A DNA stretch of 58,405 nucleotides, filler included, from Sphacelaria rigidula (GCA_964200075.2; 7 parts of 7 records of this genome joined end to end with filler, not necessarily neighbours in it); one strand, 5' to 3'. Shown: positions 10,917 to 24,773, counted from the first letter of the whole stretch. Made by a program: numbers and translations. The notes: a model not told the origin generated them from the sequence alone.

Positions 10917-13044
10917 AGCTGAGACCGAGTCGACCTTGGCGAAAAGGCTGTCCAAGTTTTTAGGCGGATGTGACACGTTCTATGACGAACCGCCGCTGCA
11001 TTTGGCAGACTCTCGAGACAGTCCGCTCCTGGAGGCCCCATCTACAGCCGCAGCGGCGGCAGCGGCGGCGCAGCAGCAGCAGTCGTCTTCTGACGGGAAA
11101 TCGTGCCGGACCATCCGACCGACTGGTTTTACAAGCCACGAGACACCTGCTGATGTAATCGTTCCCGCTGATCTCGGTGTTTCACGGGATAGAAGCACTG
11201 CAAGGTGCAAGCGTCGTTCCCCAACCCCGAATCTGGACCCTGGCGGCCAAGGTGTAGGCGTCGATAGAGCTGGCAGGGGTGATGACGGTGGTGGTGAGGG
11301 TGTTGCAGTTTCATCGAAAACATGCAACGACAGCAACAGTCAGAAGAGAGCCAGTGGGTCGCAACAGCCTTTCTCATCCGCAGGCAGGGAGGGTGGCCAG
11401 CAGCGGTTGAAAGCAACGGCGGCGAGGGCGGCGTCGATCCCAGGGTCTACCGCAACAAGATCGGTGGATAAAAAAGCAGAGACGGGAAGAAGGAATTCGA
11501 CAAAAAGGCGACGGCAGTTTTTGACAAGTCAAGAAGATGGCGGTGAACCTGCCGAAGTTGGACCCGAAGCTGCTTCTTCGGCCAGAAATGACGGCAGTGA
11601 ACCACGAGAGGAAAATAAGCAAAGGCATCGACACGATAAAGAGGAGAGGGAGGAAGAAGCAAAGGAGAACGACGAGAAGGAAAGGAACGAGAGCGATGAT
11701 CACTACAATGACGGTGAGGGAGCTTCCGCGACCACGTTCCTGACCCCGACTTTCGCCGTCGCTCACAACGCCGCCGCCGCGGACACCGGAAGCGGCAGCA
11801 TTGGTAGCAGCGGGGGCGATGTCACCGAACACCGGTCAGTGACGGTATCGGCCGCCCCACCCAACAGCGCCTCCTCTTCCACTACCGGTTCTACTCCGGG
11901 AAGCCTGTCATCCACTCTCTCCCCCGCACTCACCGGGTTTCCCGTAATGGGCACGGGGATGGCTTTGTCAGCTGCGTCTCCGGCGACTGGTGCTCGGGGT
12001 GCAACGGCAGCAGGTTTTGGTGCTGCTACACCCCCTGCCGATGATCCTTGTGCGGCGGGAGAAGCTTGCGAGCGAGAGAAGGGGAGGACATCCCCGCCAT
12101 CGATGCCGGTGGACCGCTCGTTACGCATGCAGGGGTTTGGGGGCCAGCACCAACGAGGTGATGGTGTCGATGCTTTAGGCGGCGGCGGTGGCACTAGCCA
12201 TACTGGTGGATCGAAGTTCTCGTTGACAGTATCTGGCAGTGTAGCAACAACGACCATCGTCGGGAAGTTTGCTCATGGTGAAAAACCTATGCGTGGCTGT
12301 GATTCCGGGGGCGGTGGAGATGAGCACCAAGAGACGCGTTGCCACGATGGTTACTATGCAGATCGGCGCCACCTTCATGAGCAGGGGGACACACGTCATC
12401 GGCTTGGTGGACCAGCAGCGGCAGGTGGCAAGGGTAAAGTGGGGGGGGAATTTGAAGAGAAGGAGTATGTAGGTCACGGAGATGGAGAGGAAGAAGGGTA
12501 CGAAGAGGACGAAGATATGCCGGACACTGCTGAAACGGAGGAAGAACAAGATCCGGCGGCAGCAGCAGCAGCACGAAAGGCAGATACGGTAGAATATCCT
12601 TGTAACCAAGAAGCAATAATGTCGCAACAGTCGTGGACGGGGGACAGAGGCAGGTTGACCCCTGATGACCACGCGAACTGTAAACGGAACAGTTATACTA
12701 GCTGTACCGGTAATGTTGAGCGAGAAGGTAACAGTGGTGAAGGTAATGTCCCCAGATTCACGCGGCAAAGCAGCGTACAGGGCAATTTAACGGGCAGTAG
12801 CAGCAACTCTGGGGGGCCGAGCTCACAAAATGAAGATGTGCGCAGCAGTCGATCAACAAGGAAGCGAAAAGATGGAGAACCGGGGGGCGGCGGCGGCGGC
12901 GGCGGCGGCGGCGGAGGTTCTCAGCAAAGCTTTTGTAGCAGTACGACGGGCGCCGATGAGGCCGGTGGCGGCGCAGAGACAGAAACGGAGGCGGGTCTGG
13001 ATTTGATGAGACCGGGTCCGGGATTTCTGGGATCGAGTCAATAA
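10917..13044 (+). CDS. Large terminal exon encoding a low-complexity, probably disordered G/S/A/E-rich region; function unknown
   Basis: 2.1-kb uninterrupted GC-rich frame (track ORF 10936-13044, 702 aa), preceded by a caacag acceptor at 10911-10916, with poly-A/Q/G runs. No domain recognised. Confidence 0.8.
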
Positions 13045-15567
13045 ACGCGCGGAAAAGAAGAAGAAAAAACGATCAAGTTTATGAGCTGTTGAACGTACAC
13101 AAATACGCAGATAACTAAATGTCCATGAGCTGCTAAAAAGTACAACGGAGCACCAACAAATCACAGGGGTTGCTTACTCCCTGCTTCCAAGCAAAATATT
13201 GTTCAAACAGCTTCGCAGAACAGACACGAAAAACAATCATCACGCCGGGCAGCACGCTCTAGTCATAACTCGCTTCAGGATTTCCAACAAGCTTTTCGCC
13301 AGGTTGAGTGTGTGCCTAGCATTCTTATGAGAGTGTGGGCTTTTGATTGGGAAGACGTTATTTTCATATGCCCCATAAATTGACGGATGACAAAGGTGTT
13401 TGAGTGTTGCATAGTCAAAGCACGATTTTTATGCATTTTCAGCTTGTTCTTGGTGGGAAGAAGAGTCGAAGAAGAGCAAAATAAACAAGGTTTTCGTGAG
13501 ATTGAGAGTTGGGTGTGGGTTGAGAGTGGCTTTGATCGTTCGCTTTAACTTGGCCAATTTTTCATTCCGTGTGTGCTTTTCGTCTTCTCATCACCGCCAT
13601 GTGCTTACAGCCACACGTTGATATCCTACTCAGGGGTATCGAGGGCCTCAGTGGCAGGCTACTACAGAGAGAATATTGGGCCTGGTGGAGGCGCATTTCG
13701 GAACTGAAACGGTTTATTCACTAATTGACCGCTTTTCACTCTCAATCATACCTTCAACTCTCAATTTCACGAAAACGTTATTCATAGTACACGTGTGCAA
13801 GTTTTCGGAGTCTAAATCCAGAAACCGACACAAGGTTTTGCGGATGCTAAGACGCGCCCCACAATCAACGGGGCGCATGTTGACGACACCAAGTTTGGGG
13901 TAAAGGAAAAAACTATGCACCCAAAATTGAAATGGGCGTCCGGGGGGGGGGGGTGTACTCATGATCATACATGCCCTGTTTCGACGACTACTGCATTCCC
14001 NNNNNNNNNNCCCCGCGCCGCTGCGTGCTCCTGCGCATGTAGGTTCCGCGCTGAATTGGCATCACTATGCAGGGGGGGGGGGGGAACTACATGTTCAACC
14101 CTACTCCCCCGTGCGTCTTTGTGTAGACTCAAGTCCCCGCGTTTCCATGTATCCTCTCAAACATCCGTCGAGGACATCGACTGGATGTGCTAAGAATAAT
14201 GAAATCTTACTTCCTCTGTCCCATAAGTTGAGCGAGCTACAGTATGTTTGTACAGGCCCTCAACCTTGCCCGATTTATCTTTCGTATTATTCTTTTCCTC
14301 CAGCATTTCGTAGTTGCATCCCATTATTTCCTAATCACGTCAATTTTCACCATGCGACCGAACGGCCGAAAGAAATGAGTCGGCAGGAGAGCGGCCATAT
14401 TTCACCCCAACTATGCGGGCTAAAATGCGCAACATAACAAATATCCGTTTTATCTTTTTCGCCGTTGAAGAGCCTTGGACAGAGGTGCACTTTTACACTT
14501 GATTTTAGAGTACGGCGAAACGGAGTCATTCCGTCGTTTCCAGAAGCTCTGAGAGGTCAGCATTTGCTCTTACTTGATTTTAAAGTACAGCGAAACGAGG
14601 TCATTTCGTTCTCCCGAGCTCTGATAAGGCAGCATTACATTTCAAGGCAGAATTACATGGTTCCCCTTCAGGAGGATTCGGGAGCATCACTTCCCCGGCA
14701 GTGTTGTGCATGGTGTATTCCGCCTTTTTTTCTCGGCGTGGCGGTAGACCCCTACAGACCTTTCAATCGCTACGACGTTTTGTACGTTTTCTGTCAGAAT
14801 CGTTGCCAGAAGCTCTGAGACAGGAGGTGTACTTTTTTCACTTGCTTTTAGATGGCGGCGAGCATGAGTCGCGAACTCTCCCAGTGTACAGAACAGAACG
14901 TCTGTGCTATCATAGCACGCAATTATCACCGGCGAAGTTTCCGATGCCACTTTCGCCATCATTAGCGATTCGCGCGCAAGTCATCGTTCCTCCACGCAGG
15001 ACACTTTTTATCACGAGCCGCGAAATTTCCGATGCCACTTCTCATCATGTCTTTCCCGAACATATTTTTCAGGTCATTTCTCAACTTGAAAATCATTTTT
15101 AACACTGCTTTCCACGGTCCCTACTGTTGAGTGTTCGTCGATTGTGTACATTATTACATGTTCTGTTTCTCAAATATATATTCGTCACGTTGCGGGTATT
15201 GCCTGCTTGTTGTGATGTGGGATTGAAAATGTCGATAGTCACTGCGGTTACGGGCGTTTTTGCGGTGCAATAGTGCTGAACTCATGGTTGTGAACACTGG
15301 CGTGTGTCCGTCACAAGTCTTTTGTGTCCTCGGGTTATTGGGCGGCGCAATAATATTTTGTCTAATGGCACGAGTGTCTCCGCGTGTGTGTTCGTCGACG
15401 ATGTACGATGTTTCCTATTCGTTGCTGTGTGTGGAGAACGTGAATGCGTGTCTCCGTGTATGTTCTTCGACGGTGGAGGTTGTCGTTACCCGTTCCTGCA
15501 GGTGCGATTATACATCAATAAACCTCTTCTTCATATATATCCTGCTCCCGGGACATCTGTCACCATA

Positions 15568-16558
15568 CGAGCTGGGCCAGCCTAGAGGCGGATTTGTAGT
15601 TTGCACGCTCATTCGTCGGCCAATATTTTGAGTTGGACCCTGAAATTTGGTATGGACAGTGAACAGTGCACAATAATAACAAAATTACCATGTTCTCCTT
15701 TTTTTTCATGAGTTGAGGACATTCTACTGTTCCCTGAAAACTGATTATTGCCCTTAAGTCATTAAAAAAACAAATATTGGGATACATTCGTAATTGTTTT
15801 CATGTGCCCTGTGCATTGTCCATACCAAATTTCAGGGGCCAACTCAAAATATTGGTAGGCGAATGAGCGGTTTAGTATCGGGGTCGGTGGAAATTCGGAA
15901 CAGTATTTTGCAGGTCACTTACCGGCCCACGTTTGGTGTTTGTGTATTGAAACTTTGTGTGGGACCTCGCTAGGGGATAATGCACCAAAACAATGGGTCA
16001 GGTTGGTACTTATTTATTCTTCACTGGTCGAGTAGGGCGTTTTAGTGTGGGAACGACCATCTTTTTACGAGAACGTCCGAACCTCTCCCCTCCAAAAAAA
16101 CGAAGGCCCTTTTTTTTCATTCTGCATACCTCTGCGGTCCTTCATGCTAAGTTTCAAATCATAATTCTAAAAATTGAGCTAAAAAATTGAGATAAGGCCG
16201 GAGAGCAGTGTTCATTTCTCCTCAAAACTGCCCTAAAACCCGAAATAAATGAAAGAGCTGTTTTTTTAGCTTCATTACGCACTAGCGGCTCTCCATATGA
16301 AATATCACAGATAGCACAACTCTCGAAAACTGAGACGAGATATCGATTTTAGTATTGAGCATCATGTGCACCATATCTCGGGATAGATGACGAAATAGGT
16401 GAACGTGAGGATATCTATCGTCTCCCAGTGATCCAGGGAATGTCCAGACTGAAAATCGTTGCCATCCGCTGATTGCATCGATTGGGGTTTCATATGAATT
16501 TTAGTCGATGAGATATTGCTTTGAGAGCCTAAATCCGTTTCTAGGCTGGCCCAGCTGG
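15568..16558 (+). mobile_element. Tc1/mariner-like non-autonomous element (MITE family A), full length
   Basis: TA-CGAGCTGGGCCAGCCTAGAGGCGGATTT ... AAATCCGTTTCTAGGCTGGCCCAGCTGG-TA: ~28-bp TIRs and TA target duplication, no ORF. Confidence 0.88.
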
Positions 16559-17119
16559 TACGCACACAGCGGGAAATACTCCACTTAAAACTATGACCTG
16601 TGCCGTTACGTAATGCGNNNNNNNNNNNNNNNNNNNNNNNNNNNNNNNNNNNNNNNNNNNNTTAATTAATTAANNNNNNNNNNNNNNNNNNNNNNNNNNN
16701 NNNNNNNNNNNNNNNNNGGGGATTAAGGAACGGCCATACCACGTCGATAGTACCACATCCCGTCCGCTGAGGAGGTGTACTCATGATCATGCATGGGATA
16801 GTCATCAGACCATTGACCTCATCCGCTGAGCGGGGGGGGGGGGGGGTACTCATTTCATTGCTTATTGCCTTAGTCTTTTGACCATTTACCACGCATACCC
16901 TTCGAGACGGAGCACCGCCTGCACCGGGGAGATGCGGGCTCATCCCTTCACGGACTCGACCCGAGGAAAGGGAGGGGTTCGAAGGGTCAAGACAGAAAGC
17001 GAAAAAAATATGTGTGTGGTAGGACGACAGTAGGACAAGCAAGTAACGGGCTCAGGACAAAATCGACATAGCTCTATATAAGCTTCGTTGCCGGTGGACG
17101 TTTTTCGCAAGCACCCTGC

Positions 17120-17905
17120 AAACTGGGCCAGCCAAGAGTAGGTGTGAATCTCGCTCAGGCGACGCACGGCGCGACATTGGGAGTTGGACGCTAAAGTTTT
17201 GACAGCAGCTTTATTATGATCGAAATGCAGATCATGTGAGCAGCAAAAATAAAATAAAAAGTTATGGGCATTTGAAATTTAAGCAAAAACAAGATAATGC
17301 CATAAGTCCAGCAGAAAAAAAAGAATTTGCAGCTGCCCACGTGAAGTATCAGTTCCTTGGGTGCAGAAGGTCTACCTGAAATTTCAGCTCAAGAGTCGTC
17401 GAATTAGGCCGTTGTAATGCGTGAGAGGACCGCGTGCTAAGAGGACCGCGCCGTGGTTCAAAACAACGCAGGATTGATGCTTTTCACAACCAATAGGGCC
17501 AGTCCCTGCAGCTACCACGCCCCTTACCATAATCCTAACCCTAATCCTAACCCTAACCATGGGGATGTTCAGATTCCGATGCGGTCCTCTAAGCACGCGG
17601 TCCTCTCACGCATTACACCGTGCGTTCAATATTTTCCGTAACGCTGCTGCACCCCTATAATAAATCAAGTGATGGTAGACTCCAATTATAGAGGTCATGC
17701 GTTCGAATCCCGACATTCTATTTTTTTTTCGTCCGTCGTTAAGGTCGTACATTATGCAGTACATTTTTTTTTTCATATTTTCTTTTCATTCAGCGGCGGT
17801 GCCGTGTGTTACCAGGTTAGTCTACACTTCATAGTGATACGCTTACAACGGGTTCATTCGGGAAACTGGGAAAGCTGTGGTGTGAGCAACGTTTGGCCCA
17901 GCTCG
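17120..17905. mobile_element. Diverged element with family A-like TIRs, containing nested insertions
   Basis: aactgggccagccaa at the left end and ttggcccagctcg-TA at the right end. Confidence 0.5.
17410..17620. mobile_element. Small MITE with 40-bp TIRs and an internal telomere-like (CCCTAA) tract
   Basis: CGTTGTAATGCGTGAGAGGACCGCGTGCTAAGAGGACCGC against its near-perfect complement at 17581-17620; aatcctaaccctaatcctaaccctaacc at 17531-17558. Confidence 0.85.
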
Positions 17906-20900
17906 TAGAAGTGTTGTACGTCCATGAGTCACAATCCTGTAAAATAATATTCAACCAAAGCAGCGGTTGCTGTTGCATCTGTCATTGGTCCACTCTGGCC
18001 CACCTGATGAGAGGACTTATGCGTGACACTAAACGCCTGAGGGATTGAATGAAACTACAGCTTGATGAGTGTCCGCAAAACTTTGCATCACCTTGGGCGC
18101 CAGACTCCTTCAGATAAACGACCTCCACTGGTGGCCAAAGGGTTGACCTGTTGACCACCAGGATGGATGGGTCATCTGAGTCATGCACTGATCTTCGGGC
18201 AGGAACACTCATTGAAAGGAGGACCTACCCCGGCGGTTCAAGGGTCAGCCTTCCGTAATCACACACACTACCTTCATTCTGCAATAGCTGATGGAAATTA
18301 TTGATTGATTGATTGATTGATTGCCTCCCGTCATCATACACACTACCTTCATTCTGAAATAGCTGATGAAAATGATGAGGCAACAACACAACAGGGCGGG
18401 CGTTGTGAAATACCCTGCTTTATTTTTTTGTGCGGATGCACATACATTGAAAATTTAGCATGGAAGGCCTACTTACTTTCATGTGCAGCCGCCTGCGCAC
18501 ACTCATCATCAGTGTAGTGAAAAAAGTACGGGGAGCCACGGGGACCCCCAAAAACGGTTGAGGCCCCGCCATCGTAATTCACGTAGGAATAATATCACAC
18601 CATTGAGGCCCTGTACTGTCGAGTCAATAGCATGAAGCGATGAAAAAAACAGCGTCCAAAAGCAGCACGTGGACTGATCCCTGGGTGGATTTATGTGGTC
18701 ACGACTAATCAACACGCTACTTTTGGACGTTTGTTTCACTCTATGATGCATGCGCTTCTTGATTTCGAGTCGATGAGACAGTGCCTGAGAAAATGACAGT
18801 AACAAAGATACCTGCAAAGAAGGCGGCCAGGCTTGAGAAGTACTATGGTAACGCAAACGGCGTGAGACACCGCGACCCTCGGGGATTTTCAGCCGGGGAC
18901 GAATGCCTCACGATCATAGGAAAGACGCTGTGAACACAATAAAATATTTCGGACTGCCCAATCAATGTCATTAGTTTGCGTCTCAAGAGTAATTCATTGG
19001 TGACAATTTATTTATCAAGTGTTACAGGATGCTGATTCAAAAGATGAGACGCGCTGGGCGATTGACACCTTACCCACCGCAGGGTGCGGGCGATCTGAAT
19101 GATCTTGTAGTCATTTTCAAGGGAAAATCACGCCGATCGAACAGATGTCTCACCCTAGTGATCAATAAAAAAGATTACAACTAGTAGTCAGGGGTACCAC
19201 TCGATGCCTGCATAGCAGATACACGGAATGATGCTGTCATCTTGGGTGGTGTTTGCAAACTGAGGGCAGCTGCTCAGCTATGGCCCCGGTACTATCGCCG
19301 CTGAAGTGCGGGCGATGTTGTTCCGAAAGGGGAAATCCTGCCCAACCAAGGAGTCACACAATGAAGGTCGTACGGCACACAAATTGCTAGCAAGACCCAG
19401 ATGACCCAACCTGGAGGTCATCACTGAGGAAGTTGTCGTATTGGTTGTTTCCACGCATTTACAGAGTAGTGGTGGTCCACGTAGAAAATAAGTTCGAGGT
19501 TCAGATAAACGACCTTGGGATTCCGAGAATCACACCTTGAACCATCAGCGCGGGGCGTCTGTCGAGCCGGTATCATTTCCGCTCGAAAAAAATATGTGAG
19601 ATACTCACATGACCCACCCTGGCGGGGAAAGGGTTGAAATGCCATCCGAAGTACAGTACCGTGAGGAATAAATCAAAACTGTATCCCACATGGAGCGCCG
19701 TGTAAGACATGAACACACTACTATACACCCTACTATGCATGTAGTAGCCCGAGCCAGGCAGGAACATTTGTAAATCAGTTCAATGAAACACCATATGGAC
19801 CGTTATTTGTCCGCGCAGTGCAGAGAATGCATATCACATACTACAGCACGCACCGGGTGGTGTGGGGGTATAGCTATAGCACAGTGCCCGCGGTTGTTTC
19901 TAGTTCATCAGCAGCCTGTGGTGGTGTGTATCGCAAATGTATATCGGTGGTATACTTCACTATGATGGCCATTCGAATGCGCGATATCTATGGTCTTCCA
20001 GGGTGAGCCATGCTGACTCTGATGTTGCTTCCCCGCCCTCAGCAACAGGGAAAGCCTGCGCGGCATCACCCATTCAACGAGACGATGCAGACCATCTGCA
20101 GGCTGGACACCCCATTACATATATAGCTTTATAGTGTGTAGCCGCTGTGGACTCACAACCTTTTCGAGGACGAGTCGTGGTTCACCACTACTTGCTTACT
20201 TCTGTCATACGCTTATTGCTCGCCTACAAGAATAAAGGAAACAACATCACACTCGTAATTTGCATACCAACTCGGCGAAGATTGCATGTCCCCTGAGCCT
20301 TGTCCGTTCGCATGCGTAATGCCATAGGTAGAACTCTAGTCTGCGGGAAATGCGGGAAAACAAACTGGCACCTTGCGAGCACCATTGTTCGATGTCTACA
20401 ACATACCCTCTCTTCAATCCATCACGCCAAACTGTCTTGGTCCTCGGAACCACATTTCAAGCGGTAAACCTCTGTGCTTGCTGCACGCAACGCCCAAGGC
20501 CACCCAACTCGCCCACACGCGGCCCAGTCAGATTCGCGCGCGTCCACACGATAAGGGTTCACGTTCTCATCAACAACAGCTATTATTGCTTCATTGCTGC
20601 GATCTTCCCGCGTGTGGCGTGCATCCCACTTCCCCCGCGCAAGAACCCCCGATATTTCACACATACATGCATACTGAAATTACGAGAGGAAGGTTTCACA
20701 CAACAGCAGTTCAAAGTTCAGGATGCATGAAGGGTGCTACACTGCCAGCTGTTTGTTTGACTATGACGGTCACATTTTCAGGCTGTCGTGCAGCGTAACG
20801 CACAAAGATATGGCTGGCATCTGCGTCGAGTATATCCGACTGGACGCATGCATGTTTCCGTAAATACCCGCCCTGGTTTGCATCCAGGCACGGTACGGCT

Positions 20901-22640
20901 CTAGCCCGCCTCGGGACAACCAACGGGCACTCAGGTTGGAGGTTTGTTACAACCTCGTTCCGGCGACTTGAAAAGGGGGTGGAGATGAAAATTGAGTACA
21001 TACGGACAACAGTACAGTATAGTGTGGCAAACGCAGTGCACTCAGCGAAGTTGTGATGAATACCAAAGATACATTGTTCTTATTAAATCGCGATCTAATG
21101 GCGAGCTTCACCAGATCTGACGCCATCATGCCCAACCTCAACACGCATCATCAGCGCGCTGGAGCCAAGGCCATGGGTTCATTGGGTGTGTAGTATATAT
21201 GTACTTACACATGCGTGTAATGTCCTACACGAGAAGGCCTCGTATATAGTGAAAGTTCCCCCAACAAAATATAATCCTAGCACCACGGACCCCCGCACGC
21301 ATCAACGGTATGGGTTATCGTTACCTATAATCTACACGGGCTGTATTACCCGAGGAACCCCGACTGTGATTTCAGAGAGCACAACCGCTCATACATGCGG
21401 TATAGGAAGCTGCATATTCAACATATACACCCTACAGGCACCATTCTGTATACTGTACTCTACCTTGCGCTTGAGCAGATCCTCCGCGCTACCGCCGCGG
21501 CCGTCCCCCAATGCGTGGCTTCTTGCTCCATACTCGACACTCGCAGACATAATACGTGAAGATCCTTACTTTTGTCTTCTTGGTGTCGCCAGACGCAGAC
21601 TGTAGTAAATAGCGTTTCGGTCGCAGAATGAGTACCGGGGGGGTGGGGTTTTGTGTTCAACGAAGCAAGTAGATACGTTCGCTGCTTGGCGCCGCGAACG
21701 GATTGGATATGCACCCCGAGTCGGAACATGAATCGACACATTCCATTCCTTCATCGTATGGATACCATTTGTGGAAAAACTCCGGGGGGAAATATCGGTA
21801 TCTTTATCAACAATTCTTCAATTCTATACGCAATTACATACTGAGCATGTCTTGATATCGAGATCCTGAAGATCCCACATCAGGATTGAAGAACACATTT
21901 CTTGTTGCTGAGGAAAATTCTGCTCGTGAAGCTACAATTTGTACGGATTTCCACTTGCCTGTGGATTTCCACTTACCCACTACAAGAAAGGTTGGATGTC
22001 ACACACAATCAGATCGTTGGTTGTCACTCGGGGGCGCTGCGTGCACGCACCCAAGCCTGAGCCTGTTGCCCGTAGTAACACCTTCCTTGACACCTACTCT
22101 AACCGTGTCTAGTGTGGATCCCCGCGTGTCTGAGGGTTCACGGTCTGCCCTCACTTGGAAAATAATGTGACGTTCTTTGTCTGAATGAGATATGCAGAGA
22201 TATGTGTTCAACCCCACAACCGCCGTGAGGATGTACTGTAGTTCATCTGAATCATGCATGCTTTCTTGGAGTAAAAATGATGTTTATTCAGCAGATTTAA
22301 AACTATCGCTGTCGAAGGGTTGGGTGTTCTACAGGCGGGAGTTCGCTCAACCTATGTCAAGTGACGAAAAAGAGCCAGACTCACTACTGTTTAACAGTAC
22401 GGTATACACTCCGCAGAGGGTGCGTGTAGTATCTGCCAAGTTACTGTCGATGTGCGATACAAAAATAAGTCGATGGGTTTCACGGGCGCTTATTTTGGCC
22501 AGCGCAGAATAAAAAACACGGTCTCTACTGATAACAAGCCGGTAAGCCTGTTCAGATGGGCAGCTGCTTTGGAGAGTGAAATAGGTGGGTTTACCTCAAA
22601 CTTATCTCTGAACAAAATTCGTGGGTATACTAAAACTTGA

Positions 22641-22744
22641 CCCTTGGACCGCGAGGGTAAGTCACGTGCTGAATCGGCATCAATATTCACTTGAAAAAAG
22701 GACAAATGATCGCGATGGACTCTACCCGAACCGCGGTCTAAGGG
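22641..22744. mobile_element. piggyBac-type mini-MITE (~100 bp)
   Basis: ttga-CCCTTGGACCGCG...CGCGGTCTAAGGG-ttaa: CCC/GGG termini and a TTAA site. Relatives at about 28320-28425 and 55579-55676. Confidence 0.8.
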
Positions 22745-23497
22745 TTAAACTGTATACATCAAACTGTTGATACCTTAGACTGTTCATACCATGCAAGCTC
22801 TTGAGCATTCTGACATTCGTTATTATCCTGACGTTTCGTGTACGATCCGTACATCACTCGTCGAGCGATTGCTCTTCTTGGGTTATTCGTTATTTTACGT
22901 TGTTCTACGAGTACCTCCTCGGTTTCTACAGTCTTGGGTATTCCGTTACTTCTCCGCTCACCCGTAACTAGTTGTTCCGCTAAACTATGAGGAAATTCGG
23001 AACTACAGTTGACGATTCCCAACACTTTCGTTGGATTCCTGATGAAGCTCAGAGGCATTGCAAGATATACTCTGTGCAGGTCTGCTCGTAGACCTTGGAT
23101 TCCGTGACGCATTGTTATCGCGTTTGCTACTGTCATTAGTTACGGTTGTTCATCCCCGCCCGCAGGCCGCCCCGCCCCATCCTAATCAGTTGCTGCCCTT
23201 GCCGTGGTCTACCCCGGGCCATCACTACGCTCTGCTCCTATGGCTGCCCTGCGGCAGTACTGAGTAAGAGAGGCTTGTAGATAAAACATGATGATAAGTA
23301 AACACGTGAGTTCCTTATCAAGAGTCTGAACATGAATGAATCTACATTGTGATAAGTCAAGGAAGGATAGCTAGGTCTGTGTGAGTTTGCCCACGTGGGA
23401 GCTTGGTGGGTTGGCACCATGGTATCCCCTGGCACTCAAAATTGAGAGACCCCAGCCACTGCATTAGCTACTCCCTCTTCATGGCAGATTTGGGCTA

Positions 23498-24369
23498 CGA
23501 GCTGGGCCAGCCGAGAAGGATTCTGCAGTTTGCAGGCCCATTATACGGCCAATACTTGGAGCTGGACCCTGAAATTTGGTATGGACAATGAGTAGGGCAT
23601 AATAATAATAAAAATTACTGGCGCACACAAGTTTTTTTTGTTTTGTTTTGTTCGTGAGTTAGAGGCATTTTACCGATATCTGAAAACTGATTGTTGCCCT
23701 TAACTCATGACAAAAAACAAAGAAAAAGCTTGTGTACGCCAGTATATTTTTTTATGTGTACTCATTGTCCATACCAAATTTCAGGGTCCAACTCCAAGTA
23801 TTGGCCGTAAAATCGGCCGTTTAGTGACAGGATCAGAAGAAATTCAGAACAGTATTTTGCAGGCCATTTACTGGCTCATGTTTGGTGTTTGTGTATTGAA
23901 ACTTTGTGTGGGGCGTGGCTAGGGCATGCTCAACAAAACAAAGTGGGTCTTTTTGATTTTTAATTTTTTTTTCCACTGGTTTAGGGTGTTCTACTATGGG
24001 AAAGACCATATTTTACGAGAACGCCCTAACCTCTATGAAAATAAAATAAAATGGAAGGCCCATTTTTTTTTTATTCGACACTCTTCCGTGGTTCTCCACA
24101 CCAAAATTCGTCGCCATCCGCTGAACGCATCGATCGGGAGTTTCACAGAGATTTTAGTATTATTGACGCTATCTCCCTTAGGTATAGGAATTACTAGACA
24201 TGGGGATTAATCAACGAGAAAATATGGGCCCAAAATTTTGAACAGATGGGCACCTTTCCCTTGATTAGACGATTAATACGATATTATATTCGGATCACGG
24301 CCCAACTCGTCTGTGTCGATGATATATAGCTTTTAGAGCTTGAATCCATTTTTAAGCTGCCCCAGCTCG
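23498..24369 (+). mobile_element. MITE family A copy
   Basis: TA-CGAGCTGGGCCAGCC start, collinear with 15568-16558, right TIR aagctgccccagctcg. Further family termini at about 33270 and 56071. Confidence 0.85.
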
Positions 24370-24394
24370 TGGTGTTTTCGGTAAAACTGTCCAC

Positions 24395-24725
24395 AGCACA
24401 CCGGTGGCTTAGTTGATAATCTGGACACCTTCTGACGGTTGAGTGGTGGGTTCGAATCTCGGAGCGATCTGGAATTTTTCTCACACCATGCCCAAGAGTG
24501 GAGAGCGACCATGTCGTGGGTATACAAAATTCGATCTCACGGTCGGTCGACGAGGGGAAGGGAGTGCTGAACCCCTCTTGCGATGAAAATAAAGGTAAGC
24601 TCCGCAGGAGGAAGGTGAAGTATTAAAAACAAACATAAAATAAAAAACTCCCGTGTTGATCTTCCTCCTGTGTGACCCCGGCTGGTGCGCCTACATAGAC
24701 CGGCGTCCAGTATAGATGGGACGAC

Positions 24726-24771
<46 letters not shown>
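24395..24771 (+). mobile_element. tRNA-derived SINE (family 2) with (CA)n tail
   Basis: A-box-like GGTGGCTTAGTTG and B-box GGTTCGAATCTC; body collinear with the minus-strand copy at 54805-55199; CA repeat at 24726-24771. Confidence 0.8.
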
Positions 24772-24773
<2 letters not shown>

